In this document: positions 41,707 to 51,548 of the stretch, one piece after another
Position numbering within the stretch: position 1 is the first letter of the stretch
Layout of the letters: every line of letters begins with the position of its first letter
Assembly: GCA_965228775.1 (NCBI GenBank)
Contig: OZ245840.1
Span: 2,839,862 to 2,903,861 of the forward strand
DNA: 64,000 nt
Reading direction: 5' to 3'
Source of the DNA: Alphaproteobacteria bacterium
Lineage (GTDB): Bacteria; Pseudomonadota; Alphaproteobacteria; JANQMY01
Made by a program: the position numbers and the translations under genes
The notes under the pieces: model-generated
The model's database searches: none
The model's input: only the letters and a program-made list of their open reading frames with translations
What the model was told of the DNA's origin: nothing

Positions 41707-42855
41707 ATGGATAGGTCTCGTTCCGCCGGTTTTGGTCTTTATGTGCATTGGCCGTTTTGTTTGGCCAAATGCCCCTATTGCGACTTCAATTCCCATGTGT
41801 CGCGCGACATAGACCAAGAAGCGTTCCGCCAGGCCTTGCTGTCGGAGCTTGCGCATATGGCCACGCTTACCCCCAAACGGCCTCTCGATAGTATTTTCTT
41901 TGGCGGGGGCACGCCCTCGCTCATGCCCGCCGAAACCGTTGGCGCGCTGATCGATACCGCCGTTGACCTGTTCGGTGCCAATCCGGATCTGGAAGTCACC
42001 CTGGAAGCCAACCCGACAAGTGTCGAAGCCGGCCGTTTTAAAGGCTATCGTCAGGCGGGCGTTAACCGGGTCTCGCTGGGTGTTCAAGCGCTCGATGATA
42101 GCGACCTCAAATATTTAGGCCGCCAGCATAGTGCTGCCGAAGCCATGGCGGCGTTGGACATCGCACGGACCACGTTCGACCGCGTATCGTTTGATCTGAT
42201 CTATGCGCGCACGGGCCAAACGGAGCAGGGCTGGCATGATGAACTGAAACGGGCGCTTGCCCTCGGGCCCGATCATTTATCGCTTTATCAACTGACCTTA
42301 GAGGAAGGCACGCCGTTCCGGGATCTTTACGAGGCAGGGCGCCTCGACGTGCCGGATCAGGATGCCAGCGCTGGTCTTTTCGAGCTTACGCAAGATGTGT
42401 GTGAAGAGGCGGGGCTGCCTGCCTACGAAGTCTCAAATCACGCGGCGCCCGGTGCGGAGTCGCGGCATAACCTTATCTATTGGCGCTATGGCCAGTATTT
42501 GGGTGTCGGTCCAGGGGCCCATGGGCGCATTCTGATCGATGACCAGCTGATGGCCACATTGACCCGCAAAATGCCGAATGATTGGCTTGCCGCCGTTTCG
42601 GATCAAGGGCATGGCATCGAACATCTGGAACCCATCGAAAACGGCGCCCGGGCGGAAGAGCTATTGCTCATGGGGCTGCGGCTGACAGAGGGCATTTCCC
42701 AAAAGGCCTATGAGCGCTTGGCGGGACATTCCCTGAACCGGAAGGCAGTCGGCGAATTTGTCGATGACGGCCTCCTTCGCGCGGAAGGCGACCGTTTGGC
42801 GGCAACCGCAAAAGGCCGCCTGGTGCTCAACCATTTGATCGCGTCTCTTGTTTAA
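41707..42855 (+). CDS. hemW: Radical SAM heme chaperone HemW
   Basis: Motifs YVHWPFC..KC.YCDFNS, FGGGTPS, YEVSN and HNLIYW; rph-rdgB-hemW order. Confidence 0.95.
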   Translation: MDRSRSAGFGLYVHWPFCLAKCPYCDFNSHVSRDIDQEAFRQALLSELAHMATLTPKRPLDSIFFGGGTPSLMPAETVGALIDTAVDLFGANPDLEVTLEANPTSVEAGRFKGYRQAGVNRVSLGVQALDDSDLKYLGRQHSAAEAMAALDIARTTFDRVSFDLIYARTGQTEQGWHDELKRALALGPDHLSLYQLTLEEGTPFRDLYEAGRLDVPDQDASAGLFELTQDVCEEAGLPAYEVSNHAAPGAESRHNLIYWRYGQYLGVGPGAHGRILIDDQLMATLTRKMPNDWLAAVSDQGHGIEHLEPIENGARAEELLLMGLRLTEGISQKAYERLAGHSLNRKAVGEFVDDGLLRAEGDRLAATAKGRLVLNHLIASLV

Positions 42856-42984
42856 TTTGTATCGATCTGTGTCACGGGCAGGATTTGGGATGGTTTGAGA
42901 CAACCCAAATCACACAGGCTGTGAAAGCCGGGGTAAGTCAGAACGGCAGACCATGTGGTCTTTCCGAGGTAGGAGGCTTATCCC

Positions 42985-43770
42985 ATGAACCGGATGCGTT
43001 CATCCCAATCCAAAAGTCCATTCGAAAAAATCCGTACACTGTTCATCATTCTATTCATTGCGGCGTTTGCCGCTGCCTGTGCGGCCCCCTCCGGTGGTCG
43101 GGGACCGGGCGGTCCCGGTGGTCCTGGCCGCGGCGGATCGCCCGACGGGGCCATGGCCAAGAAGATGGCCAAGCGTGGCGGGGCCCGGCCCAGTTCCCCC
43201 GGCGATTTTTTCTATTCACAAGCGCTGGCCCTCAAGAATGACGGCAAATGCGAAGAAGCGATCCCCGTTTTCTCAAAGCTGGCGGAGATGGGCTATGGCT
43301 ATGAAATTGCCCAATATCATTTGGGGGACTGTCTGCTGACGGTTGCTGGTGACGAAGAAGACCCCAGCCGCGCCGCCGTTCATGAAGCCCTAGCGCTGCA
43401 TTGGCTGCTGAAGGCGGGCCATTCCAACAATGCGGATGCCCAAGGCTTGTTGGCTGCTTTGTATCTGGATGGATACGTGGTGCCGGAAGACCGTGTGGAA
43501 GCCGCCAAATGGTACCTCCTCTATATGCGCAACCCTATCCAGCTCAAGGTGGGGGCGATGCCCTTGCCCGCAGGTCTTGAAGTCTACCTGCTGGATGAGT
43601 TGCGGCCGCAGGAATGGGCGAAGGCCACCGAAGAAGCAGACGCCTGGCAAGTGGTGAAGCAGGAGATCAACCGGCCATCGGATGATGGGAAGCCTCGGCG
43701 TGCGCGCGGTGCCGATGGTGACCGGCCACGCCGGCTAACGGAAAACAGCGAGGCTCAGATCCAGAGCTAA
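42985..43770 (+). CDS. Putative Sel1/TPR-repeat lipoprotein with a Gly/Pro-rich linker
   Basis: Lipobox-like AAAC, linker GGRGPGGPGGPGRGG, and Sel1-like repeats AQYHLG and AQGLLAALYLDG..V..D.VEA.KWY. Confidence 0.7.
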   Translation: MNRMRSSQSKSPFEKIRTLFIILFIAAFAAACAAPSGGRGPGGPGGPGRGGSPDGAMAKKMAKRGGARPSSPGDFFYSQALALKNDGKCEEAIPVFSKLAEMGYGYEIAQYHLGDCLLTVAGDEEDPSRAAVHEALALHWLLKAGHSNNADAQGLLAALYLDGYVVPEDRVEAAKWYLLYMRNPIQLKVGAMPLPAGLEVYLLDELRPQEWAKATEEADAWQVVKQEINRPSDDGKPRRARGADGDRPRRLTENSEAQIQS

Positions 43771-43777
43771 ACAGAAT

Positions 43778-45010
43778 TTAGAAGGCCGGGCGCTCGAACG
43801 TGTTGGGTGCCGGGTCAATCACTTTGAACCCGTTGGCGGTTACTTCAATGACCGCCAAGCCGCGCTCGGTCGACCCGTCCGGCAGGAACCGGAATATGCC
43901 ATCGACTCCGGTAAAGCCGTTCGGGTTGGTCAGCGCGGCCTCACTGAAGCGGTCGTCGCTGTCCAATTGTCCGGCCAGGGCGGCGGCAAGGCCAACAGAA
44001 TCATAGCCTAGGCTTGCGATCCGTGGCGGCTTGCGGCCAAAGGCGCCTTCAAACCGGTCTGAAAAAGCCGTGCGGGCTTGCGGCGGCGGGGCTGCAAACC
44101 AGCCGCCGACCAATGAAGGCTCGCGGCCTAATGTGGGATCATCCCACAGGCCGGTGCCCAAGAACTTAACCGTGCGCGGGTCCACATCGAAGTAGGGCAG
44201 CAATGGTGCAAGCCCGCGCAGATTTGTGCCCCCTTCCGGCAGCAGGACTGCGTCGAAATCATTGATGGCGGCCAGGCGGCGTGCCGGTTCGAACATGGCA
44301 TCCACTGACTGGAAATATTGCTCTGTCTGGATAAGGAAGGCCGCGCTGCCAGTCACCGATTGCTCGAAGGCGTTGAGCACGCGCTGGCCATAGGCCGTTT
44401 GCGGGATCATGGCGGCAAAGCGCGAGAACCCGTTGACCACGGCGAATTCCGTAATCCGCTCCACCTCATATTCCGGCAGGAAGCTCAACAAATAGACGCC
44501 GGGCCGGGACACATCCCGGTCTGTGGAATAGGCAACCACGGGAACGCCCCGCTTGGTGGCCACGGGCGTCACGGCGGCGACGGAGGTTGAGAACAGGGGC
44601 CCCAGAATGATTTCAGCACCTTCATCGATGGCTTGTTCGGCGGCGGCCTTCGCGCCCGATTCCGTGCCTTGGGTGTCTTTTGGGATCAGCAGCAGGTTTG
44701 GATTGGATGCATCGAAGATCGCCAATTGGGCCGCGTCCAACAGGGACTGCGCAACGTTCTGCGTGTCTTTTGATGAGGCTGACAGAGGCAGCAGCATGGC
44801 GACGCGGATCGGCTCGCGCCCGCCCATATGATGGGGGCTCAGGGCACCATCATCCTGCGCGACATCTTCGGGCTGTGGCAGCTCGCCAAAATCCGGTCCC
44901 CGCTGTGGTCCCGATGGGGCCCCGCAAGCGGCCAGCAAGGCGCTCATCGCGGCAATTCCTGCAAACTTCTTCAGGGCCGAGCCCAGTTTCGTGTTAAGCG
45001 ACAACATCAT
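43778..45010 (-). CDS. Penicillin-binding protein activator (LpoA/LppC-like) lipoprotein
   Basis: Lipobox LAAC; motifs VAMLLPLS, ILGPLF and GF.GVDGIFRF; divergent from rsmI. Confidence 0.88.
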   Translation of the reverse strand: MMLSLNTKLGSALKKFAGIAAMSALLAACGAPSGPQRGPDFGELPQPEDVAQDDGALSPHHMGGREPIRVAMLLPLSASSKDTQNVAQSLLDAAQLAIFDASNPNLLLIPKDTQGTESGAKAAAEQAIDEGAEIILGPLFSTSVAAVTPVATKRGVPVVAYSTDRDVSRPGVYLLSFLPEYEVERITEFAVVNGFSRFAAMIPQTAYGQRVLNAFEQSVTGSAAFLIQTEQYFQSVDAMFEPARRLAAINDFDAVLLPEGGTNLRGLAPLLPYFDVDPRTVKFLGTGLWDDPTLGREPSLVGGWFAAPPPQARTAFSDRFEGAFGRKPPRIASLGYDSVGLAAALAGQLDSDDRFSEAALTNPNGFTGVDGIFRFLPDGSTERGLAVIEVTANGFKVIDPAPNTFERPAF

Positions 45011-45186
45011 GCCACTCCAAACCCCTTTTTCCGGCGAGATTTTCGGCTTTCATATATTCGGCTTTTCACTGGCGATGGATGGCGTTACGCCAGTGTAGAA
45101 CCCCCCAAAACGCTGCGAGACTACCGCTCACAGGAGTTTAAGTAAATTCGAGAACTGCTAAGGTCGCTCCTTAATCGGGCAATTTA

Positions 45187-46059
45187 ATGACAAAAACGGA
45201 AATGGATGCGCCGGAACTCGCCCCTGGGCTCTACCTTGTGTCGACGCCCATCGGCAATGCACGCGATATTACGTTGCGGGCCCTGGATGTTTTGCGGGCG
45301 GCCGATGTGGTGCTCTGCGAAGATACGCGCGTGACCAGCCGGCTGTTTGCTATTCACGGCATTGCCACCAAGCTGAGCCCTTATCACGAACACAATGCCC
45401 GTGCCGTGCGGCCCGGCATTCTTGAGCGGCTCAAAAACGGCGGGCGCTATGCCTTGGTGAGCGATGCGGGCACGCCGCTTGTCTCCGACCCCGGCTATCG
45501 GTTGGTGGCTGAAGCAGCCGACCAAGACATTGCCGTTTTTTCCATTCCCGGACCGTCCTCAGTGCTGGCCGCCCTTGCGGTCAGCGGACTGCCAACGGAC
45601 CGGTTTCAGTTCTGCGGATTTCTGCCGCCCAAATCGGCCGCGCGGAAAAAGGCGCTGGCAGAGCTCTGCGATGTAGGCGCCACATTGGTGTTTCTCGAAA
45701 CGGGACCACGCCTCGGCGCATCCCTTGCGGACATGGCGGATGTGCTGGGCAACCGGCCCGCCGCCGTGTGCCGGGAACTCACCAAAAAGTTCGAAGAAAC
45801 GCGCCGGGGGGGTCTTTCGTCTCTGGCGCCAGGCTACGAAGCCACGCCGCCGAAAGGTGAGATCACCGTAGTGGTCGGTCCGCCGGACAAGGCGCGGTCC
45901 AAAGAAGAAGCGCTTGCCGCCCTTGACGATGTGCTGAAAGACGCGCTCGAAAATTTGAGCGTCAAGGAAGCCTCCGCTGAAGTTGCGGCGGAACTGGGCC
46001 TGCCGAAGCGGCAGGTCTATGCCCGTGCCGTGGCCTTGAAAGAAGAGAGTGGCACATGA
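45187..46059 (+). CDS. rsmI: 16S rRNA C1402 2'-O-methyltransferase
   Basis: Motifs LYLVSTPIGN, CEDTR, SDAGTP.VSDPG and RELTKKFEE. Confidence 0.97.
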   Translation: MTKTEMDAPELAPGLYLVSTPIGNARDITLRALDVLRAADVVLCEDTRVTSRLFAIHGIATKLSPYHEHNARAVRPGILERLKNGGRYALVSDAGTPLVSDPGYRLVAEAADQDIAVFSIPGPSSVLAALAVSGLPTDRFQFCGFLPPKSAARKKALAELCDVGATLVFLETGPRLGASLADMADVLGNRPAAVCRELTKKFEETRRGGLSSLAPGYEATPPKGEITVVVGPPDKARSKEEALAALDDVLKDALENLSVKEASAEVAAELGLPKRQVYARAVALKEESGT

Positions 46060-46427
46060 CGCGCCGTCAGACAGCGGACGCGAAAGGCCGCCGGGCGGAG
46101 CAGCTGGCTCAGCTCTACTTTCTGCTCTGCGGCTATCAAATCCTGGCGACCCGCTTCAAAACGCCGGTCGGTGAGATCGACATGATCGTGCGCAATTGGC
46201 TGCCCTGGCGCGCGCCGGTGATTGCGTTTGTGGAAGTAAAACGGCGTTCTAGTGTGGAGGAAGCGGCCCACTCCATTCTAGCACGCCAACAGCAGCGCAT
46301 TGCCCAGGCCGCACAATGGTATTTGCAACGGCACACCCCCTCCCCCAAATATGCGTTACGCTATGATGCGTTTTTTGTCGTCAACGGCGTCTGGCCGCGC
46401 CATATCCCCAATGCCTGGGCGCATTAG
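46056..46427 (+). CDS. yraN: YraN family (UPF0102) endonuclease-like protein
   Basis: Motifs G..AE, GEID, FVEVK and RYD. Confidence 0.92.
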   Translation: MTRRQTADAKGRRAEQLAQLYFLLCGYQILATRFKTPVGEIDMIVRNWLPWRAPVIAFVEVKRRSSVEEAAHSILARQQQRIAQAAQWYLQRHTPSPKYALRYDAFFVVNGVWPRHIPNAWAH

Positions 46428-46472
46428 CGCCCGCCAACACAAAGAAGAAGAACAGCGAAGAAGAATAGGCAC

Positions 46473-47300
46473 GTGACACCCACTTCCGGCACATATGACG
46501 AAACCCTCAAACAGGCAGGGCTTGGCAGCGACGACGCCTTCCCCTTGTTCGCGGCGGCTCTGGCGGCCTCTGCCCTCGATCATGTGGATGCGGATATGGT
46601 GGATTACGAGGCCCACGGCGCCGAATTGGCGGCCAAGGCGCAGGTCTATGCGGTATCGTCGCCCGAAGACATGGTGCGCCGCCTGGCGGATACGGTGGCC
46701 TTTGAGTTCGGCTATGAGGGTGATGCGGAAAACTACGATGCCCCGGAAAATGCGGACCTAATCCGGGTGATCGACCGGCGCCGGGGCCTGCCGGTGGCGC
46801 TGGGTGTGCTTTATCTGCACGTGGCGCGGTCTTGCGGCTGGCCGGTCTTCGGGATCAACCTGCCGGGCCATTTCGTCTTGGCGGCAGGCGATAGCGATAT
46901 GCCGGTGATTTTCGATCCCTTTCATAAAGGACGGGCGCTCAGCACGGACGATGTGGCGTCGCTGCTGATGCAGGCCCAGCAAGGGGCTGGCGACGACGGC
47001 ACCTACCGGTTGTCGGGCATGACCGACCGCGAAGTTTTGATGCGCCTTATGAACAATCAGCGCATGCGTGCTGCCCAAGGGGGTGATGCTCAGCGTACGG
47101 CGGAAATCTTGCGCCGTATGGTGATGATCGTGCCGCAATCCGCCGGGCTGTGGTCCGATTTCGGGGAGGCATCGCAAGCCGCGGGCAATATGCGCGCTGC
47201 CATTGGTGCCTTCGAGCAGACGATGCTGCTGGCGCCGTCGTCGGATGTGTCCACCAAGGCGGAAGTGGCGCTTCAATCCCTCCGTAAGAAACTCAATTAA
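46473..47300 (+). CDS. SirB1/transglutaminase-like protein with a TPR C-terminus
   Basis: Motifs [19 protein letters not shown] and GINLPGHF. Confidence 0.88.
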   Translation: MTPTSGTYDETLKQAGLGSDDAFPLFAAALAASALDHVDADMVDYEAHGAELAAKAQVYAVSSPEDMVRRLADTVAFEFGYEGDAENYDAPENADLIRVIDRRRGLPVALGVLYLHVARSCGWPVFGINLPGHFVLAAGDSDMPVIFDPFHKGRALSTDDVASLLMQAQQGAGDDGTYRLSGMTDREVLMRLMNNQRMRAAQGGDAQRTAEILRRMVMIVPQSAGLWSDFGEASQAAGNMRAAIGAFEQTMLLAPSSDVSTKAEVALQSLRKKLN

Positions 47301-47317
47301 TCAGCAGGCAGAATCAT

Positions 47318-48259
47318 ATGACTCTCACCATCGCCGTTCAAATGGATCCCATCCATGCCATCGATATCCGGGGCGACAGCACCTTTGCGCTAATGTTGGA
47401 AGCACAAAGGCGTGGCCACAGCCTGATGGTCTATGTGCCCAACGATCTCACCTATCGCGACGGCCGGGTGACGGCGCGCTGCTTCAATGCCGAAATCCGC
47501 GACGTGGAAGGCGATCATGTAACCTTGGGCGAGGAGCAAATCGTCAATCTCGCCAATGTGGACGTGGTGCTTATGCGCCAAGATCCGCCGTTCGATATGG
47601 GCTACATCACGGCGACCCATCTGCTGGAACACATCCATCCGAAAACGCTGGTGGTCAACGACCCGGCGGAAGTGCGCAATGCGCCGGAAAAACTGTTCGT
47701 CACACGCTTCGAAGGGGTGCTGCCCCCTACCCTTATCTCGCGCGACCGCTACGAGATCGAAGCCTTCCGGGACGAATTCAAAGATATCATCGTCAAGCCC
47801 TTGTTCGGCAATGGCGGCGCAGGCGTGTTCCACATCAAGCCGGGGGATGAGAACCTGAACTCCCTATTGGAGATGTTCGAAGGCACCTATCCCGAACCCT
47901 TTATCGTGCAGCGTTATCTGCCCGAGGTGCGCCAAGGCGACAAACGCATCATTCTGGTGGATGGCAAGCCCGTTGGCGCCATCAACCGTGTGCCTGCCGA
48001 CGGCGAAGCGCGTTCGAACATGCATGTGGGCGGGCAGGCTAAGAAGTCGGACCTGACGCCGCGCGAAGAAGAAATCTGCGCGATCATCGGACCGGAACTG
48101 GCAAAGCGTGGGCTTCTGTTCGTGGGGATCGATGTGATTGGCGATTACCTCACCGAAATCAACGTCACTTCACCCACCGGCATCCGCGAGATGGAACGGT
48201 TCGACGGCACCAATGTGGCGGCGCTCATCTGGGATGCGATCGAGGGGAAGGTGAGTTGA
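47318..48259 (+). CDS. gshB: Glutathione synthetase
   Basis: Motifs [22 protein letters not shown] and EINVTSPTG. Confidence 0.98.
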   Translation: MTLTIAVQMDPIHAIDIRGDSTFALMLEAQRRGHSLMVYVPNDLTYRDGRVTARCFNAEIRDVEGDHVTLGEEQIVNLANVDVVLMRQDPPFDMGYITATHLLEHIHPKTLVVNDPAEVRNAPEKLFVTRFEGVLPPTLISRDRYEIEAFRDEFKDIIVKPLFGNGGAGVFHIKPGDENLNSLLEMFEGTYPEPFIVQRYLPEVRQGDKRIILVDGKPVGAINRVPADGEARSNMHVGGQAKKSDLTPREEEICAIIGPELAKRGLLFVGIDVIGDYLTEINVTSPTGIREMERFDGTNVAALIWDAIEGKVS

Positions 48260-48277
48260 TTTTATTGGTGTGACCCG

Positions 48278-48439
48278 GCCACCCACTCCCCCGGCCCAAC
48301 CACCCGAATACGGTACCCGCAAGCGTTTCCAGGCGAAGTGGACTTCCGGTTCGCCGTCCGGAAACGCGACAAAGAAACGGTGCGACTATTTCTAAAAGAA
48401 ATAGGTCGCCCGGGTGGTTGGGCCGGGGGAGTGGGTGGC
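48278..48439. repeat. Family A copy 3 with a family C element nested inside (48322-48409)
   Basis: Perfect 29-bp arms at 48278-48306 and 48411-48439 enclose AGCGTTTCCAGGCGAAGTGG...CCGTCCGGAAACGCG and a second hairpin. Confidence 0.9.
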
Positions 48440-48464
48440 TAGGTAATCTAACAAAAGAGAAGCC

Positions 48465-49082
48465 ATGGAATTTGACGTCGATCAGATAGACGAAGTTCTT
48501 TCAACGGCGCGATCCGTTCGGAAGAACTTGGACTTCGAGCGTCCGGTGGACCGGCAAATGCTGCTGGACTGTATCGATGTGGCGGTGCAAGCGCCCGTTG
48601 GTCTGGGCGGCGAAAACTGGCGTTTCGTGGTGGTAGACGACCCCGCGCCAAAACAAGACATCGCCAAGCTGTATGGCGAAATCCTCACCCAATTGTTTGA
48701 ACAACGCGGCATGGAAATGAAGCCTACCCATCGTGCATTGATGGACCGTTTGCACGAAATGCCTGCCATGATCTTTGTCTGTGTGGATGGCCTGCCACCG
48801 GACGATGCGCCATCCAGTCAGATCGGATTTTACGGCTCCATCCTACCCGCCGCCTGGTCGCTCATGCTGGCTTTGCGCGCGCGCAATCTGGGCACCACAT
48901 GGACGTCATTGCTCACCGCCCGCCAGGACGACGTGGCAAAGATCTTGGGGATGCCCGAAGGCACTTTGCTCACGGTGATGTTTCCCGTGGCACATTTGAA
49001 AGGCGCCACCTTGCGCCGTGCCAAACGTGATCCGGCCACGCAGGTCACGTTTTGGAACAGATGGGGTGAAAGTTCTCTCTAA
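48465..49082 (+). CDS. Nitroreductase family protein
   Basis: Motifs STARSVRK.LDF.RPV, QAP, WRFVVV and SLMLALRAR.LGT.WT. Confidence 0.9.
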   Translation: MEFDVDQIDEVLSTARSVRKNLDFERPVDRQMLLDCIDVAVQAPVGLGGENWRFVVVDDPAPKQDIAKLYGEILTQLFEQRGMEMKPTHRALMDRLHEMPAMIFVCVDGLPPDDAPSSQIGFYGSILPAAWSLMLALRARNLGTTWTSLLTARQDDVAKILGMPEGTLLTVMFPVAHLKGATLRRAKRDPATQVTFWNRWGESSL

Positions 49083-49149
49083 GTGTGGCCATGCCAGCCT
49101 GCTCAGCAAGCCGATGGTGCCAATTCAACAACAAGACGATTGTGGCGCC

Positions 49150-49254
49150 TATAGCGTTTCCAGGTGAAGTGGAATCCGGTTCACCGTCCGGAAACGCGCA
49201 AAACAAAGAGTCTGGAGCCGTTTTGAGTTTCAATCAAAACCGAAACGGCTCTAG
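49150..49254. repeat. Family C two-hairpin element
   Basis: Hairpins AGCGTTTCCAGGTGAAGTGG...CCGGAAACGCG and GAGCCGTTT...AAACGGCTCTAG. The end overlaps the TAG stop of the adjacent gene. Confidence 0.88.
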
Positions 49255-49538
49255 ATGTCTTCATCTGAAGAACGTTGACGCTTGTTCCGGCGCTGAAACC
49301 GCCGCCCGCTCCACACCGTAAGCTGCCGGCGCCGGCGGCGCATGCCGGGATAGTCCACTGACAGCAGCATCAGCCCCACCGGCACGCCCGCCACTGCGGG
49401 CAATCCGGGCAGGGCCCCCACGACCACCATGGTCACACCCACCACCGTGCGCATGGCTTTGCTGCGCGGCACGGGGACCTTGCGCTTGCCAAAACGCACA
49501 TAAGCGCGTGCGGGGGGATCTAAATCGTCGGACGACAT
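49251..49538 (-). CDS. Small conserved hypothetical membrane protein
   Basis: Basic N-terminus, two-TM hairpin, and LLS.D.P..RRRRR...W C-terminus, a pattern typical of an alphaproteobacterial family. Confidence 0.65.
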   Translation of the reverse strand: MSSDDLDPPARAYVRFGKRKVPVPRSKAMRTVVGVTMVVVGALPGLPAVAGVPVGLMLLSVDYPGMRRRRRQLTVWSGRRFQRRNKRQRSSDEDI

Positions 49539-49802
49539 AGTTAGGAGTTAAGACCAACGCCCCTTAACATCAACCGAACACGGCGATTTCGGTAAAGAAT
49601 TTTGTAACGCTTTGGTGACGTTGTGCGCGGCGTCACACCCGATCATGGGCAGGGTAATCGCATATGGCCATCACTCTTCCGCCGCACATCCCGGCCGCAT
49701 TTTTTTGAGTAAGGCTCAAGCCATCCCACGCCTCCAGAATCTGACATCGGCCAAGCACTGCAAACAATGGGTTCATCTAATTTCTTGTTGTTGACCCTCT
49801 TC

Positions 49803-50013
49803 ACCTCCCCCTTGTGGGGAGGTCGAAAGATCGAGCTGTCTGCGAGATCTTTCGGGTGGGGGTAATGGTACTGATTGCCCTCCGAACTCATTGTTAGTCG
49901 TGGGGCCGGCAACGCTTGGCCGCCAAGGAACCAATGATTTTTGAAAGAGATACTCCCCCACCCGAAAAATCGTCCTAACGGTCAATTTTTCGACCTCCCC
50001 ACAAGGGGGAGGT
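49803..50013. repeat. MITE-like palindromic element, family D
   Basis: Perfect 26-bp terminal inverted repeat ACCTCCCCCTTGTGGGGAGGTCGAAA with an inner inverted repeat TTTCGGGTGGGGG/CCCCCACCCGAAA. Confidence 0.9.
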
Positions 50014-50110
50014 TGAGGACAGGGAACGTACCTGGCAGGTCGTATTCACTTCTCTAAGGGCAATCGCATAGGAAGGATTACCATCCCGGTCGCCATTCGG
50101 CGAAGCGCGA

Positions 50111-51391
50111 TCACGCTGGATAGGCAAGATCCAAGGTTTGCAGCGCCCGCCGGACGACCTCTTCATCCGGCAGTTCCGCCAGCTCCAGCGCCGGCGGGCC
50201 GCCATTAAAGGCCATGATTACGGGATGATCGATAAACCGGTGCAGGTTGAGCCATTGGTTAAACTGACCCGGCGGCAGATCGTTTTCCGGCGTAGCGATC
50301 CAAGTGTGATCCGTCGCCCAGAAGGGTTCGTCAAAAAGCAGGTAGACCTTGTCGAGCGTCCCCACACCTAAGCGGGTGATGGCGTCGCGTTTTTCGGCGG
50401 GCAGAATGGGGTCAAACGTCACCGTGTTTTTCTTCAAAACGCCCAACGGCAGGGTCACGATGGCCGCATCGAAGCGCGTGGTGCTGCCATCCATCAGCCC
50501 AATGCTGACGCCATAATCGTCCAAGGTGATATTGGTGACGGCGGCATTGAAGCGCAGCTCGTAATCGCCCTCCAGCGCTTTGAAAATCGGCCCATAGCCC
50601 TCGCGGAAAATCACCTCGGCCCCGCGGTAATCATCTTGCAGGACATAGGCCCGCAGATTGATCTCGGATTTGTCTGCGCCGGCACTGTGCTGAAACGCCA
50701 CCACATTATCGAGCCAGTCCGGTGCGTCGCGCTCGCGCATCTCCTCACCGTTCCGTCCACGGATGATATAGCTTTCGTCGGTGCGGATGCGCTCCAGCGC
50801 CAAGTCATCCGACAGGCGGGTCAGCGGGTTGCGCCGCACCCCATGGATCCAGCTTGCGCCCAGATCCAGCGGCAGGCCCATCTCGCCGCTGGTCCAGACC
50901 CGGCCGCCAATGCGGTCGCGCGCTTCGAACACGGTGACGGTGCGCCCCTCTTCCCACAAGGCATGGGCTGCGGACAGGCCGCTCATGCCGGCACCAATGA
51001 CCGCGATATTGTCTTTGCGGGCGCGGCGCACGAAATTCGCCACCCGCTGGCCGGATTCATAGGCCGCATGCACCGTGCTGTTGTAATAGGGATAGGCCGC
51101 TTCGCCCGCGAAAAACAATTGCTCGTCGATGGGGGTTTCCAGGGCGCGCCGCATGTTTTGCCAGCCGCCTTTGGCCACAAAGGAATAGGAGCCAAAGGCA
51201 AAGGGGTCCTGGCTCCAATTGGTGCGGATATAGCCTTTTGGCTGGCGGCCAGGTGTTGGGGCCTCTTGTGCCTGGGTCTCGGCTTGAGCGCGGGTCTCGG
51301 CTTGGGCCATGGGCCAGGGGGTGAAGCTCAATGCGGCGCCGGCACTTAACCCTGCCAGCAGGCGGCGTCTGTCCAAACGTGATGTCGTCAA
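50111..51391 (-). CDS. Tat-exported flavin monoamine/polyamine oxidase family protein, circularly permuted
   Basis: TTG start after GGAGG; Tat-like signal DRRRLL. W.QDPF..GSYS, LFFAGEA and TVHAAY.SG come before VIGAGMSGL...EARDRIGGRV...LGASWIHG. Confidence 0.9.
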   Translation of the reverse strand: MTTSRLDRRRLLAGLSAGAALSFTPWPMAQAETRAQAETQAQEAPTPGRQPKGYIRTNWSQDPFAFGSYSFVAKGGWQNMRRALETPIDEQLFFAGEAAYPYYNSTVHAAYESGQRVANFVRRARKDNIAVIGAGMSGLSAAHALWEEGRTVTVFEARDRIGGRVWTSGEMGLPLDLGASWIHGVRRNPLTRLSDDLALERIRTDESYIIRGRNGEEMRERDAPDWLDNVVAFQHSAGADKSEINLRAYVLQDDYRGAEVIFREGYGPIFKALEGDYELRFNAAVTNITLDDYGVSIGLMDGSTTRFDAAIVTLPLGVLKKNTVTFDPILPAEKRDAITRLGVGTLDKVYLLFDEPFWATDHTWIATPENDLPPGQFNQWLNLHRFIDHPVIMAFNGGPPALELAELPDEEVVRRALQTLDLAYPA

Positions 51392-51548
51392 AGGACCCTC
51401 CCGGTGATTCGAGGGGACAATACCATCGCGGGGACTCTGATGTCGCGGCGCACTGGCCAATCAACCCTGGCCACACTCTAAGCGGGCATTTAGACTAGCT
51501 GCGTCTTATCCCCTTCCGCAGGCCGCTGCCCATGATCGTCGTTGCCAA

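Noticed and set aside
49612-50205. Short ORFs in the gap next to the amine oxidase
   Set aside because: They have no motifs or clear RBS, and most overlap the family D palindrome.
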